Below are positions 26,449 through 35,388 of a DNA stretch of 64,000 nucleotides, piece by piece; position 1 is the stretch's first letter; each line of letters starts with the position of its first letter. This DNA is from Candidatus Micrarchaeota archaeon (GTDB lineage Archaea > Micrarchaeota > Micrarchaeia > Anstonellales > Bilamarchaeaceae): positions 41,316 through 105,315 of the forward strand of contig WJIU01000024.1 in the NCBI GenBank assembly GCA_014730115.1, written 5' to 3'. The translations under genes and the position numbers were made by a program. Under the pieces are notes generated by a model. The model searched no databases. It worked only from the letters and a program-made list of their open reading frames with translations, and was not told the DNA's origin.

Positions 26449-26712
26449 TTATCTTTTCTTTTTACTTGATTTCTTTTTGGTAGAAGACTTCCCCCGGGTA
26501 GATTTCCGGGCAGACTTGGACTTTGTGGAAGTCTTCTTTTTTGCGGCTTTCTTTTTTGCGGTTTTTTTAGACGCAGTTTTTTTCTTAGCCGTCTTCTTTT
26601 TTGCGGTTTTTTTAGACGCAGTTTTTTTCTTAGCCGTCTTCTTTTTTGTTGTCTTCTTTTTTGAGGTCTTCTTTTTTGCGGTTTTCTTTTTTCCTGTTTT
26701 TTTAACCGGCAT
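26449..26712 (-). CDS. Stand-alone histone-H1/Hc2-like basic protein (KKKTA pentapeptide repeats)
   Basis: 87 aa, 43 Lys; SD GAGGTG; own TATA (TTTATAA). Confidence 0.75.
   Translation of the reverse strand: MPVKKTGKKKTAKKKTSKKKTTKKKTAKKKTASKKTAKKKTAKKKTASKKTAKKKAAKKKTSTKSKSARKSTRGKSSTKKKSSKKKR
26549..26648. repeat. 45-bp perfect tandem repeat (about 2.2 copies) inside the H1-like gene
   Basis: ttcttttttgcggtttttttagacgcagtttttttcttagccgtc at 26549 and 26594. Confidence 0.85.
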
Positions 26713-26859
26713 TTTTTTACACACCTCGGTGTTTTATATCTGGGAATAATAAAAGAATACTTATAAATGTATGCATCATTTTTCAAAAAAATCAGCAAAA
26801 AAGATGATAATGAAAACAAAAACAAATTTTTTTGCTGAAAAATATTTCAAAAAAATTGA

Positions 26860-26962
26860 TGCGGTTGCCGGGATTTGAACCCGGGTCGCGAGCTTGGGAA
26901 GCTCGAATCCTGCCATTGCCCTGAACCCCTTTTACAGAAAGGCCCGTCTAGACTACAACCGC
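26860..26962 (-). tRNA. tRNA-Gly(CCC) with one BHB intron at 15/16 (26916-26947)
   Basis: Spliced GCGGTTGTAGTCTAG-TGGCAGGATTCGAGCTTCCCAAGCTCGCGACCCGGGTTCAAATCCCGGCAACCGCA. Confidence 0.93.
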
Positions 26963-27015
26963 TGGTAAAACAACACCTCCAAGAGTTTAAAAATTTTCAG
27001 TTTTCTTATCTTGAC

Positions 27016-28119
27016 ATGGACGGCCCGATTGATGTCAGTGCTCTTAATGGCCTGAAGGATTTGCCTGGCGGGGAATTTACCGCACTTATCGTTTCCATTG
27101 CCGGCCTCTCAATTATCTTCGGCATTTTACTCAAGGTACTCCTGAAAACAAGCAAATACCTTGTCGGCAAAACAGCAACAACACTGGATGACCGCATTAT
27201 CCATGCCTGCGAATCATACCTTCCGGTAATTGCATTTATTACTGCTGTCTGGATTTCCCTGCAGATGGCCTACCCTGATTTCATGCTGCTGGGAAGCTAT
27301 AGTGTCCTGGACATCTACATCATTGCCCTGCTTCTGGTTGCAGGTCTTTTCTCCAGCTCAATTGCAAATGCGTTCCTGCTATGGTACGGGCTGGAGCTCC
27401 AGCCGGTAAAGAAAGGCCTGAGAGAAGAGGACATATACCCGTTTGTAAGGAATGTTGTAAAACTGAGCATAGTATTGTTGTTTCTGGTCTTTGTACTGCA
27501 GAGGCTGGGCTTTGATACCACTGCAATCATAACCGGCCTTGGTGTGGGCGGCCTCGCCGTTGCGCTTGCACTTCAGGACACCCTTGCCAATTTCTTCGCA
27601 GGTGTTCACATACTTGTGGACAGGCCTTTCCAGCCGGGGCATTACATAAAGCTCGACAGCGGTCTGGAGGGAAACGTCCGAAAAATCGGATGGAGGACCA
27701 CCAGGATTATGACCCTGGGCCAGGACGAGGTGGTGGTGCCCAACTCAAAGATTGCAAATGCCACAATACAAAACTGCTCATCCCCGAACAAGAAAACCGG
27801 CGTTCTCTACGAACTCCACATAGATTACAAGGAGGACCTGGAGAAGGTTGAAAAAACCCTTCTGGGTATTTTGAAAAAGGTTTCAAAAGAGAATTCCAGC
27901 CTTGACAGCAAAAGCATCTGGGCACGACCGGACAGTTTTGGGGAATACAGCGTGAAGTTCAAGTTCGGCTACCTGGTGAAGGGATACAAAAATCAGTTTG
28001 GCCTGCTGACTGCGGTAAACAAGGAAATCAAGGAAACCTTCAAAAAGAAGGGAATTACCATACCATTCCCGGTAGCAGTGCGGTACGAAACCCAGAAAAA
28101 GGCCCACAAAAAAGAATGA
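27016..28119 (+). CDS. mscS: MscS small-conductance mechanosensitive channel
   Basis: GLGVGGLAVALALQDTLANFFAG..PFQPG..IGWRTT..VPNS. Confidence 0.92.
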   Translation: MDGPIDVSALNGLKDLPGGEFTALIVSIAGLSIIFGILLKVLLKTSKYLVGKTATTLDDRIIHACESYLPVIAFITAVWISLQMAYPDFMLLGSYSVLDIYIIALLLVAGLFSSSIANAFLLWYGLELQPVKKGLREEDIYPFVRNVVKLSIVLLFLVFVLQRLGFDTTAIITGLGVGGLAVALALQDTLANFFAGVHILVDRPFQPGHYIKLDSGLEGNVRKIGWRTTRIMTLGQDEVVVPNSKIANATIQNCSSPNKKTGVLYELHIDYKEDLEKVEKTLLGILKKVSKENSSLDSKSIWARPDSFGEYSVKFKFGYLVKGYKNQFGLLTAVNKEIKETFKKKGITIPFPVAVRYETQKKAHKKE

Positions 28120-28124
28120 AATGG

Positions 28125-28577
28125 TTACTCTTCCTGTCCTGCCTTCTGGAAGAGTTTTACCATCTTGCTTTTAACGGTTACCGGGATTGGAACTGCAACT
28201 TCTACCAGCTCTACCGTGGTTTCATCCTTTGCCTCGTCAATCTTCAGCACCTTGGCCCTTTCTCCTTTGAACGGACCTGAGGACATTTCAATAGTATCGC
28301 CAACTTCGATAACCATGGCCGGCTGCTTTTCTGCCTGCAGCAGTTTCTCTATCTCTTCAATGGTGACCGCCTTCTTAAGGAATCCCTTGACATGCTTGAC
28401 TTTCTGGATAAGTTTCACCAGGGTGTTTTCGTCCGGGGTTTCCACGAACAGGTATCCCTTGACGTTTTCAGCATGCACTACAGAATAGATTTCAAGCTTC
28501 TCTGCCTTTGCCTTTTTCATAAGAATCTCAGCAATAATCTTTTCCTGTCCGGAAGTGACACGGATTGTATGTATCAT
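28125..28577 (-). CDS. spt5: Transcription elongation factor Spt5 (NusG)
   Basis: RVTSGQE, KGYLFVE, KOW GPFKGERAKV, VPIPVTV. Confidence 0.95.
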   Translation of the reverse strand: MIHTIRVTSGQEKIIAEILMKKAKAEKLEIYSVVHAENVKGYLFVETPDENTLVKLIQKVKHVKGFLKKAVTIEEIEKLLQAEKQPAMVIEVGDTIEMSSGPFKGERAKVLKIDEAKDETTVELVEVAVPIPVTVKSKMVKLFQKAGQEE

Positions 28578-28581
28578 CTGT

Positions 28582-28746
28582 TCACCCGATAAAACCAAAT
28601 ATCATGGTAATAACAAAGCCAAGTAAGCCGAACAAAAACATTCCCAGCGCAGTCACCTTTGCGACCTTGGAGTATTCCGGTCCGGTCGGCTTTCTTGCAA
28701 TGTAAAGAATCCTGATGCATCTTTTTATCAGTTCCTGAATTTCCAA
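28582..28746 (-). CDS. secE: SecE/Sec61-gamma (absent from the ORF track)
   Basis: TTG start after GGTGA; MEIQELIKRCIRILYIARKPTGPEYSKVAKVTALGMFLFGLLGFVITMIFGFIG; ftsZ-secE-spt5 synteny. Confidence 0.9.
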   Translation of the reverse strand: MEIQELIKRCIRILYIARKPTGPEYSKVAKVTALGMFLFGLLGFVITMIFGFIG

Positions 28747-28754
28747 AAAATCAC

Positions 28755-29927
28755 CTATCCAATAATGTCCAGGTCAAGGGGCTCCTCCACTCCCTTGCTG
28801 TTGCGGTAGGTGATTTCCTGCTTTGGAAACTTGACCCCCGCAAGAACCACCAAAACCCTCATTGAAGACTTCTTTATTTCAGGGTCGACCCTTGCACCCC
28901 ATATAATATGGGCATCGGAATTTATGCGGGCAGATGTCTCGGCAACCACATATTCCGCTTCCTTCAGGCTCATGTCCTCCCCGCCAATCACATTGATGAG
29001 GGCCCTCTTCGACTCGCTGATATCAGCATCAAGCAGAGGAGAATTTAGCGAGGTTTCCACTGCCACTCTTACCCTGTCTTCCTTTTTGGCATCCAGGGAA
29101 GCTTCTCCCAGGCCGATGACCGCGTAGCCTGCATCAGTAAGGGTAGTCCTCAGGTCCGCAAAGTCCACGTTCACAAGGCCTGACTTGGTCACCAGCTCTG
29201 CTATTCCCTTTACTGAGCCTGCCAGCACTTCATCGCATACCTTGAAGGCAGTATTCAGAGGCAGGTCAGGAACAAGGTTCAGAAGCTTGTCGTTCTTTAT
29301 GACGATGATAGTGTCGCTGTGCTTTTTGAGTTTCTCCAGTCCGGTGATGGCATTTTCCATCCTTACCCTTCCTTCGGAAGTGAAGGGGAGTGTTACCACT
29401 GCCACTGTAAGTGCGCCCAGGCTTTTTGCCGCCTCGGCAATAATCGGGGCACTGCCTGTTCCGGTTCCCCCTCCCAGCCCGCAGGTAATGAACACCAGGG
29501 AGGGCTCCTTCAGTGCCTCCTTGATTTCCTCTGCCGACTCCTTGGCAGATTCCTCTCCTATGACCGGGTTGCTTCCAGCTCCTCTTCCCTTGCTTGTCTT
29601 TTTACCGAGAAGCACCTTCTTGTTGGCATGCACGTGGAGCAGGTGCCGGGCATCAGTGTTCATTCCGACAAGGGAAACGCCGTCCGCCCCCAGCTCAAAA
29701 AGCCGGTCCAGAGTGTTGCTTCCACTCCCGCCTGCTCCGACTATATAGATATTGGGCCTGCTTTCCTCTATAAACTTCAGTATCTCCTCGTCATCCCTGG
29801 ACTTGGGTGCTATGTCCTGCAGAATCTTCTTCTCGTTGTTGGTTGCCACATTAGGAACTGGCTCTTCAGGAACCTGTACCGTCTCTTCCCTTGGCTCCGG
29901 AGCAGGAGCCGGCGTTTCGTCATCCAC
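28755..29927 (-). CDS. ftsZ: Cell division protein FtsZ
   Basis: GAGGSGSN, NTDA, GLGGGTGTG, LVNVDFAD; GTG start after GGTGGT. Confidence 0.96.
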   Translation of the reverse strand: MDDETPAPAPEPREETVQVPEEPVPNVATNNEKKILQDIAPKSRDDEEILKFIEESRPNIYIVGAGGSGSNTLDRLFELGADGVSLVGMNTDARHLLHVHANKKVLLGKKTSKGRGAGSNPVIGEESAKESAEEIKEALKEPSLVFITCGLGGGTGTGSAPIIAEAAKSLGALTVAVVTLPFTSEGRVRMENAITGLEKLKKHSDTIIVIKNDKLLNLVPDLPLNTAFKVCDEVLAGSVKGIAELVTKSGLVNVDFADLRTTLTDAGYAVIGLGEASLDAKKEDRVRVAVETSLNSPLLDADISESKRALINVIGGEDMSLKEAEYVVAETSARINSDAHIIWGARVDPEIKKSSMRVLVVLAGVKFPKQEITYRNSKGVEEPLDLDIIG

Positions 29928-30005
29928 ATTACCACCTTTATTAAAATTATAAGAATTGGACAAATAAAAATGAATCAAAAGGTATAAATAAGTAAGGGGA
30001 AGTTC

Positions 30006-30596
30006 TTACCGGTAGGCCCAGGGGTCGCTGAACTCATCAGCCTGGCTTTTTTTCAGATACCATGCAAAAATAAGGCCGAATACAAGGCCTCCAAGGTGGG
30101 CCGCACTGGCTATTCCTGAGCTGATATTGAACGTGCCCAGGAATTCAACCACCAGCCAGAGAATCGCAGCCTGCCTCATTGTCATGGGGATGAACCATAC
30201 GAAAATCCTGAGATTGGGAAGAAGAACCGCTACGGCGCCCAGAAGGCCGTATATTGCGCCGCTCGCGCCCAGGGCAGGGATTGAGGGTATTATGCCCAGT
30301 ACATAGGTCAGGTAATATGCAACACCCCCCACAAGGCCGGCGCCGAAGTAAATCAGAAGATATTCCTGCCTGCTCACCTTTCTTTCCAGTATGCTGCCGA
30401 AAAGGAAAAGGGCATAGGCATTGAAAAACAGGTGCATCAGCCCGCCGTGAAGGAACATGCTGGTGACAAACCTCCACGGCTCCTGGAATGCAAGGGAAGG
30501 GACAAAGATAAGGGCCTCAGTGATGCCGTCTGACACCATCTGGAAGATAAAGATGGCTCCTATTATCATAAGAAGTGTGGTGGAAAGATTGGCCAT
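30006..30596 (-). CDS. Rhomboid intramembrane serine protease
   Basis: WRFVTSMFLH, HLFFN, GASG, AHLGG. Confidence 0.92.
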   Translation of the reverse strand: MANLSTTLLMIIGAIFIFQMVSDGITEALIFVPSLAFQEPWRFVTSMFLHGGLMHLFFNAYALFLFGSILERKVSRQEYLLIYFGAGLVGGVAYYLTYVLGIIPSIPALGASGAIYGLLGAVAVLLPNLRIFVWFIPMTMRQAAILWLVVEFLGTFNISSGIASAAHLGGLVFGLIFAWYLKKSQADEFSDPWAYR

Positions 30597-30619
30597 GGGA
30601 ACTTACTAATATGGAAAAC

Positions 30620-31432
30620 TCATTTAAACCTGAAGGCAATAAGGGCGAGGTCGTCGTTTTTGGGGATAAGGACTTCGCCTTTCCGTTCCTTTCTCCCTTC
30701 CCGTATCCGTTTCTTTATATTCTCCGAGATTTTCTCCAAGATGGAGCGGGGCTTTCTCAGCCTGCCAACAATGTTCTTAAGGTCATCAGTACCAGTAGCG
30801 TCAACCACGTATCCCTCCTGGACCTTTACAAAAAGATTGTCATTGAGGCAGTCGCTGGCAAGCATTATCATCTCCCCTTTCTTCAGCCTGCCTGCCCTGG
30901 TATGGACGTGCATTTCCGAGCCAGAGGGTCCCAGTACCGATGTTACAATATTTCTGAAGTAAAAGAACTTCAGGACAGAGTTGGATTTTTTAACCACCCT
31001 TCCCAGGGGCAGCTCCAGAACGATGTCCTTTTCCCTGGTGATGCCGTAAACCGGCGAATCGCCCACGCTGGCAACGATTGTGGAGCCGTCCTTTGCAACA
31101 AAGCAGAGGGCGGCGGTGGTGCATCCTTTTGTGACTGCCCGGCCGGCGGTTCTCAATGCCTTTGAAACCGCCTTTGCGTCGGCCTTTTTGTATTTTTTCA
31201 GAACATCCAGGGCTGCTATTGCGGCATCAGAGGATGCAGTCTCCGCGCCTTCCTCCCCGCTTACTCCGTCGAAAACACCAAATATGCCCTTTTCATCGTC
31301 CAGAAAGATAAATGCAGAATCGCCGCAAGTCTCATGGCCCCTCCTCACCAGCGAAAAGCATTCCCCCAAGCTGCTTTTGCAGCCGAAAGTAACTTCCTTT
31401 TTGATGTCTTTCCCCAGCATCAGCTTTTCCAT
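30620..31432 (-). CDS. PP2C/PPM-type protein phosphatase
   Basis: CGD, VFDGVSG, GCTT, VGDS, LASDCL, NDDL. Confidence 0.8.
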   Translation of the reverse strand: MEKLMLGKDIKKEVTFGCKSSLGECFSLVRRGHETCGDSAFIFLDDEKGIFGVFDGVSGEEGAETASSDAAIAALDVLKKYKKADAKAVSKALRTAGRAVTKGCTTAALCFVAKDGSTIVASVGDSPVYGITREKDIVLELPLGRVVKKSNSVLKFFYFRNIVTSVLGPSGSEMHVHTRAGRLKKGEMIMLASDCLNDNLFVKVQEGYVVDATGTDDLKNIVGRLRKPRSILEKISENIKKRIREGRKERKGEVLIPKNDDLALIAFRFK

Positions 31433-32505
31433 TCAAGGGCCTCCAGGATTTCACTATAAGGAGCCGGCGTTTTTATTGATGTGCTTGAAAAGTGGGTCCG
31501 CACTGTCCGGTATCCTTTGCTGTCAAGCCTTTCCACGATTGTACCAAGCTTGGGAATCCGGCCTTTGCCCAGGAACCTGGAAAGCTGGTGGACATTGTAG
31601 TAATAGGGGGGGAAGCCGGTTTCATTTTCAAGAAGGGAAAGGAAGCCGGAGATTTCGCTTTTGTCTGAGTATTGCCTTTCCTGGTTGAGCCTTCCCATGG
31701 ATTCAATGAACTGCTTCTGGTGCAGTTCGCCCAGCCAGAGGGGGCCGGCGTAGTCATTCTCGTGCCCGCAATTCCTGCAGGCCGGCTCCGGGAATCTGCC
31801 ATGGCCCCGGAACCCGCACTTGCTGCAGTAATGGAGATGGCCGAGGCTTTTCATGCTCTGAAAGGCAAGGTCTGCGCCCCGGGTTGCTTTCATTATTGTC
31901 TTGAGATAGTGCCGGTCGGAAAATGAAACCAGGGGCTCTATGCCCATGTTGAACTCTGCTGCCACCTCTGCAATGCGTTTGATTAGAATCCTTAGGCCGG
32001 TCTCATGGGTGAATCCGTTGTTCAGCGGCTTGGAATGATAGTTCTTGAGGCATGGTGCGGTCTTTGCGCCGCACAGCACTGCAACATCGGTTGCAGTCAC
32101 GGAAAGATATGCTGTCTTTTTGGGATTGAAAAACCTGAAGCCGTCAACAAGATAGGGGCTGGGGGTGCCGAACGGGTCTATTTCAAGAAAATCAGTGGCG
32201 CATTCAAAAGCAAGACGTGATATGTTGCCCTGTTTGAACTCAGCCCCCAGTCCGTTTGACCGGGAATTCTTTTCTGCCGCCTTGATTGCGGATGCCTCCA
32301 GGTCAAGAAATGTAATGGAGTCAACATTGCTGTTCTCTTTGGCATACCGGATGCCCCGGATGCCTGATGCACAGAATGCATCCACCACGTCAACTTCTTT
32401 TTGCACTGCTCCCACTGCAAGGGAAGAAATGCTCCTGCAGAACCGCATGCTGGGATTGTAGAATACCTCTTCCGGGGCAGTGAAGCTTATTCCCTCTTCT
32501 TCCAG
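31420..32505 (-). CDS. trm1: tRNA (guanine26-N2)-dimethyltransferase
   Basis: VFYNP, ASGIRGIRY, IDPFGTP, VTATD, CxxC..CxxC, GPLWLG; probable CTG start. Confidence 0.92.
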   Translation of the reverse strand: MEEEGISFTAPEEVFYNPSMRFCRSISSLAVGAVQKEVDVVDAFCASGIRGIRYAKENSNVDSITFLDLEASAIKAAEKNSRSNGLGAEFKQGNISRLAFECATDFLEIDPFGTPSPYLVDGFRFFNPKKTAYLSVTATDVAVLCGAKTAPCLKNYHSKPLNNGFTHETGLRILIKRIAEVAAEFNMGIEPLVSFSDRHYLKTIMKATRGADLAFQSMKSLGHLHYCSKCGFRGHGRFPEPACRNCGHENDYAGPLWLGELHQKQFIESMGRLNQERQYSDKSEISGFLSLLENETGFPPYYYNVHQLSRFLGKGRIPKLGTIVERLDSKGYRTVRTHFSSTSIKTPAPYSEILEALEWKS

Positions 32506-32509
32506 TGAA

Positions 32510-33694
32510 TCACCTTTTGCTGTCAGTAAATTCCCGCATCAGGACAGTTGCATACGAGCCTGCGGGAAGGCTGAACCTGAATATGTCATTGCTGAAATTA
32601 AAATCCTTTACCGGCGCAAGAAGGGTGCGGTAGGTCCCCGGAGAGGATATTTCCGGCAGCTCTTCCATCATGAAGTCCTCCTTGGCCAATCCCATTTTTT
32701 CAAGCTCCTTTTCCTCTCTTTCATTCAAAGGGCTTTTGAATCCGATGAGCTTTCCGGCCACCCAGCCCGATTCCTGGAATTTCCTTATGTCCGGAAATCC
32801 ACTGGTCTCCCCGCAGTAGTATTCGCCCTTTTCAGGCTCCAAAAGGCCTTTCTGAATCCTTTCCGAGAGCATCCGGTTGAAGATGTGGGACTGCAGGGCA
32901 TGGACGAACAACAGAAGAATGTGCCTTGGAAGCTTTTTCAGGGCACCTTTGTAATCGCCCGGGTTCTCAGCAAGGTGGGCTATTACTTTTCTTTCCAGCC
33001 TGAGATGCCTGGGGAATTCAGACAGGGCAGCACGGTAGTCTTCAGATGATTCAAGGTTTTTTCTTGCCCTGGCAGCAAGGGGGTTCCGCTCCTCGCCGGT
33101 TTCACAGAGGAAAAGGTTTACTGAATCCCTGAATTCATTCTTTAGCAAGTGGAGCCCTATCCTGTGGGTGTTCCTTCTTGTAGAGCCGAACCTCTGCTCA
33201 CCGAAATAGTTGGGAAACCTGCCGTCCAGCTCCGAAACTATCTTTTTTACTGACTCTCCAGGATTTTCTCCGGCTCCTCTCACCCTGATTGTGAAACGGT
33301 TTCCCAGAAGCTGTCCGAGCCTTACTTTGTCTGCTGCAGGCCACGCGCCATTGGTTGAGATGTCCTTTATTTTCAGTGAAAGTACTTTTTCGGGGGGCAC
33401 ATCAAAGACAGACACCATCTGGGTTGTCACCGCGTTCTTGTCCTTGGTTCCTGCAAAGCTCAGCCTTTTATGGCCAATCCTAAGCCTTTTGGATATCTCC
33501 AGAACTGCGGCTGAGGTGGACCAGTTTTTTTTCTGGACAACAAAATGAGTGAACCTGCCGTTTCCCTCTCTCTGGACTTTGCTGTCCAGCTCCAGCACCG
33601 TGCCGTCCGGGGTTATTTCCTCCACCAGAAAGTCTTCAGGCCTGGACTTGATTGTTCCTCCGATTCCCTGTGTGGAAGAAAGATAAAAAAGCAT
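32510..33694 (-). CDS. truD: tRNA pseudouridine(13) synthase
   Basis: PEDFLVEE, AGTKDKNAVTTQ, GNRF, PNYFGEQRFG, FSLPAGSYAT. Confidence 0.95.
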   Translation of the reverse strand: MLFYLSSTQGIGGTIKSRPEDFLVEEITPDGTVLELDSKVQREGNGRFTHFVVQKKNWSTSAAVLEISKRLRIGHKRLSFAGTKDKNAVTTQMVSVFDVPPEKVLSLKIKDISTNGAWPAADKVRLGQLLGNRFTIRVRGAGENPGESVKKIVSELDGRFPNYFGEQRFGSTRRNTHRIGLHLLKNEFRDSVNLFLCETGEERNPLAARARKNLESSEDYRAALSEFPRHLRLERKVIAHLAENPGDYKGALKKLPRHILLLFVHALQSHIFNRMLSERIQKGLLEPEKGEYYCGETSGFPDIRKFQESGWVAGKLIGFKSPLNEREEKELEKMGLAKEDFMMEELPEISSPGTYRTLLAPVKDFNFSNDIFRFSLPAGSYATVLMREFTDSKR

Positions 33695-33719
33695 CAGAAT
33701 GCAATATCCGGCAAATTGT

Positions 33720-34119
33720 TTATATGTTGGCCAGCCTGTCCCGCAGCCTGACCTGGGAGATGTTCAGGGGCTTGTTCTGCTTGACGCTTGTTGCAATGCA
33801 TCTTGCGGCGAACGTGTCGGCCGATACGTCCGGTGTGTTGTAATAGACCACGTCAGCAACAACAGTAAACGGCACGCCGGCAGCAAGCGCCTCGGAAGAA
33901 AGCCCGGAAAGCCTTGGGATGGAATTTTCGTCAGCCTTCTTTGCAGCTGAAAAGACAATGCAGTCTGCCATTTTGCAGACCTTCTGAGGGTAAGGCAGTG
34001 TTCTGTTTCATTATCCCGTTGACAAGCGACCTGGCGTGGCTCTCCTTGTCAAAGCCCCTTGGATTCTTTACTGCTTCGGCTTTTTCCGCCCTGTTTAAGT
34101 CTTTTGGCCATGCTAACAC
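33720..34119 (-). pseudogene. Two overlapping short ORFs, possibly one frameshifted gene
   Basis: 33931-34119 and 33720-33971 overlap in different frames; no recognisable motif. Confidence 0.3.
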
Positions 34120-34162
34120 AAAAAGCTATTAATACAAACAATTGTGGGGGCAAAATATTCAT

Positions 34163-34474
34163 ATGAAAAAACTTCGGGCAGCCCCAGCAAATGCCATGCT
34201 TCCCAGGAAAAAAACCGAACCCAGAATCGAAGGCATCCGGAAAAGAAGGCCCTATGGATTCTTCTCAAAGATGAGCGATGATGGACTGGTTGAATTTGCT
34301 CAGGAATATGTTGGGGAGAATGGGATTGAGAGCAGGAAGGGATTGCAGAAGACAGGTGGGGCGCTATAATGCTTTACTGAGAAGGAAGCTGGTGGCAGGG
34401 TTTTCAGAAGGATTGATTTCCTTCTTGAACTGGAAGCGGTTGAAGAAATGGTGGAAGCACTGGAAAACTTCTAG
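34163..34474 (+). pseudogene. Frameshifted remnant of a helical-repeat protein
   Basis: KMSDDGLVEFAQEYVGENGIESRKGLQK continues as YNALLRRKLV and RIDFLLELEAVEEMVEALENF* in other frames. Confidence 0.5.
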
Positions 34475-35238
34475 GGCATGCAGCTGTATGAATGGTCGAT
34501 AAAATTGATGAGAATCTTTTCATCATGTCTCCTCTGGTCCTCCGTGCTGGTCCTTATCTTGGAAACATCCACCATCTTGGAGAGCCAGGCTCTGCGCTCA
34601 CTGACCAGCTCGGATATGTTGTGGGGCAGGTAATCGGGATGGAACTGGACTCCCCAGGTTGATTCCCCGATGCGGTATGCCTGCACCATGCCGGGGAAGT
34701 CCCCGTATGCAAGCACCCTGGTTCCCCTGGGGGGATGGGGAAGATAGCAGAAATGGGAAAAAAGCCCTTCGAAATCATTGGGCAGCTCCCGGAAAAGAGG
34801 GTCAAACTTGCCGTATTCGGTCTTGTAAACAGGCGCAAATCCTATCTCGGCAAGATGAGGCTCCGGAATCCTGCGGACGTAGGAGCCGTGGGCGGCCGCA
34901 ATTGCCTGGTGCCCGAAGCAGATGCCCAGCATTGGCATGCTGCGGGGAATGTCCTTTATGAAGTCCAGCAGCACCGGCATCCAGGAATGGATGCTCAGGC
35001 CTTCTGAATCAATGTTAAGCTTTGAGCCCGGAATAATGATTGCGTCGTACTTGTCCGGGTCAGGATAGTCATGGTGGATTTCAGCAGGCCAGTAAAGCTC
35101 CGGCTTTATTGAAATGCCCCTCCACCGTGCAAAGGCCTGGACCCTTCTGCTCACCAGCTCCCGGACTGTCCATCTGGCGCCTCCGTAGGACATCCTTTCC
35201 TGGTCGCGGGGGCTGCAGTCCACTATGGCAATTTTCAT
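34471..35238 (-). CDS. Class I glutamine amidotransferase
   Basis: IIPGS, LGICFGHQ, GVQFHPD. Confidence 0.9.
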   Translation of the reverse strand: MKIAIVDCSPRDQERMSYGGARWTVRELVSRRVQAFARWRGISIKPELYWPAEIHHDYPDPDKYDAIIIPGSKLNIDSEGLSIHSWMPVLLDFIKDIPRSMPMLGICFGHQAIAAAHGSYVRRIPEPHLAEIGFAPVYKTEYGKFDPLFRELPNDFEGLFSHFCYLPHPPRGTRVLAYGDFPGMVQAYRIGESTWGVQFHPDYLPHNISELVSERRAWLSKMVDVSKIRTSTEDQRRHDEKILINFIDHSYSCMP

Positions 35239-35388
35239 GGGTTCAGCTGCACATATAAAACCCAACCGGGTCACCTTTTGAATCTTTTTGCATGGGAATT
35301 GTAAAAACGCAAAAAAAGCTTTAATATCTTTTGTAGCATTTCCCCGATTTTTTTGAAAAACAGGGTTAGGAAAACCTAAAAAAAGAGA

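Noticed and set aside
26875-27015. N-terminal extension of MscS in the ORF track
   Set aside because: It overlaps tRNA-Gly on the opposite strand; ATG 27016 is the plausible start.
33720-33971. Peptidyl-tRNA hydrolase Pth2, often adjacent to truD
   Set aside because: It lacks the GK..AQ..HA and DAG.T motifs.
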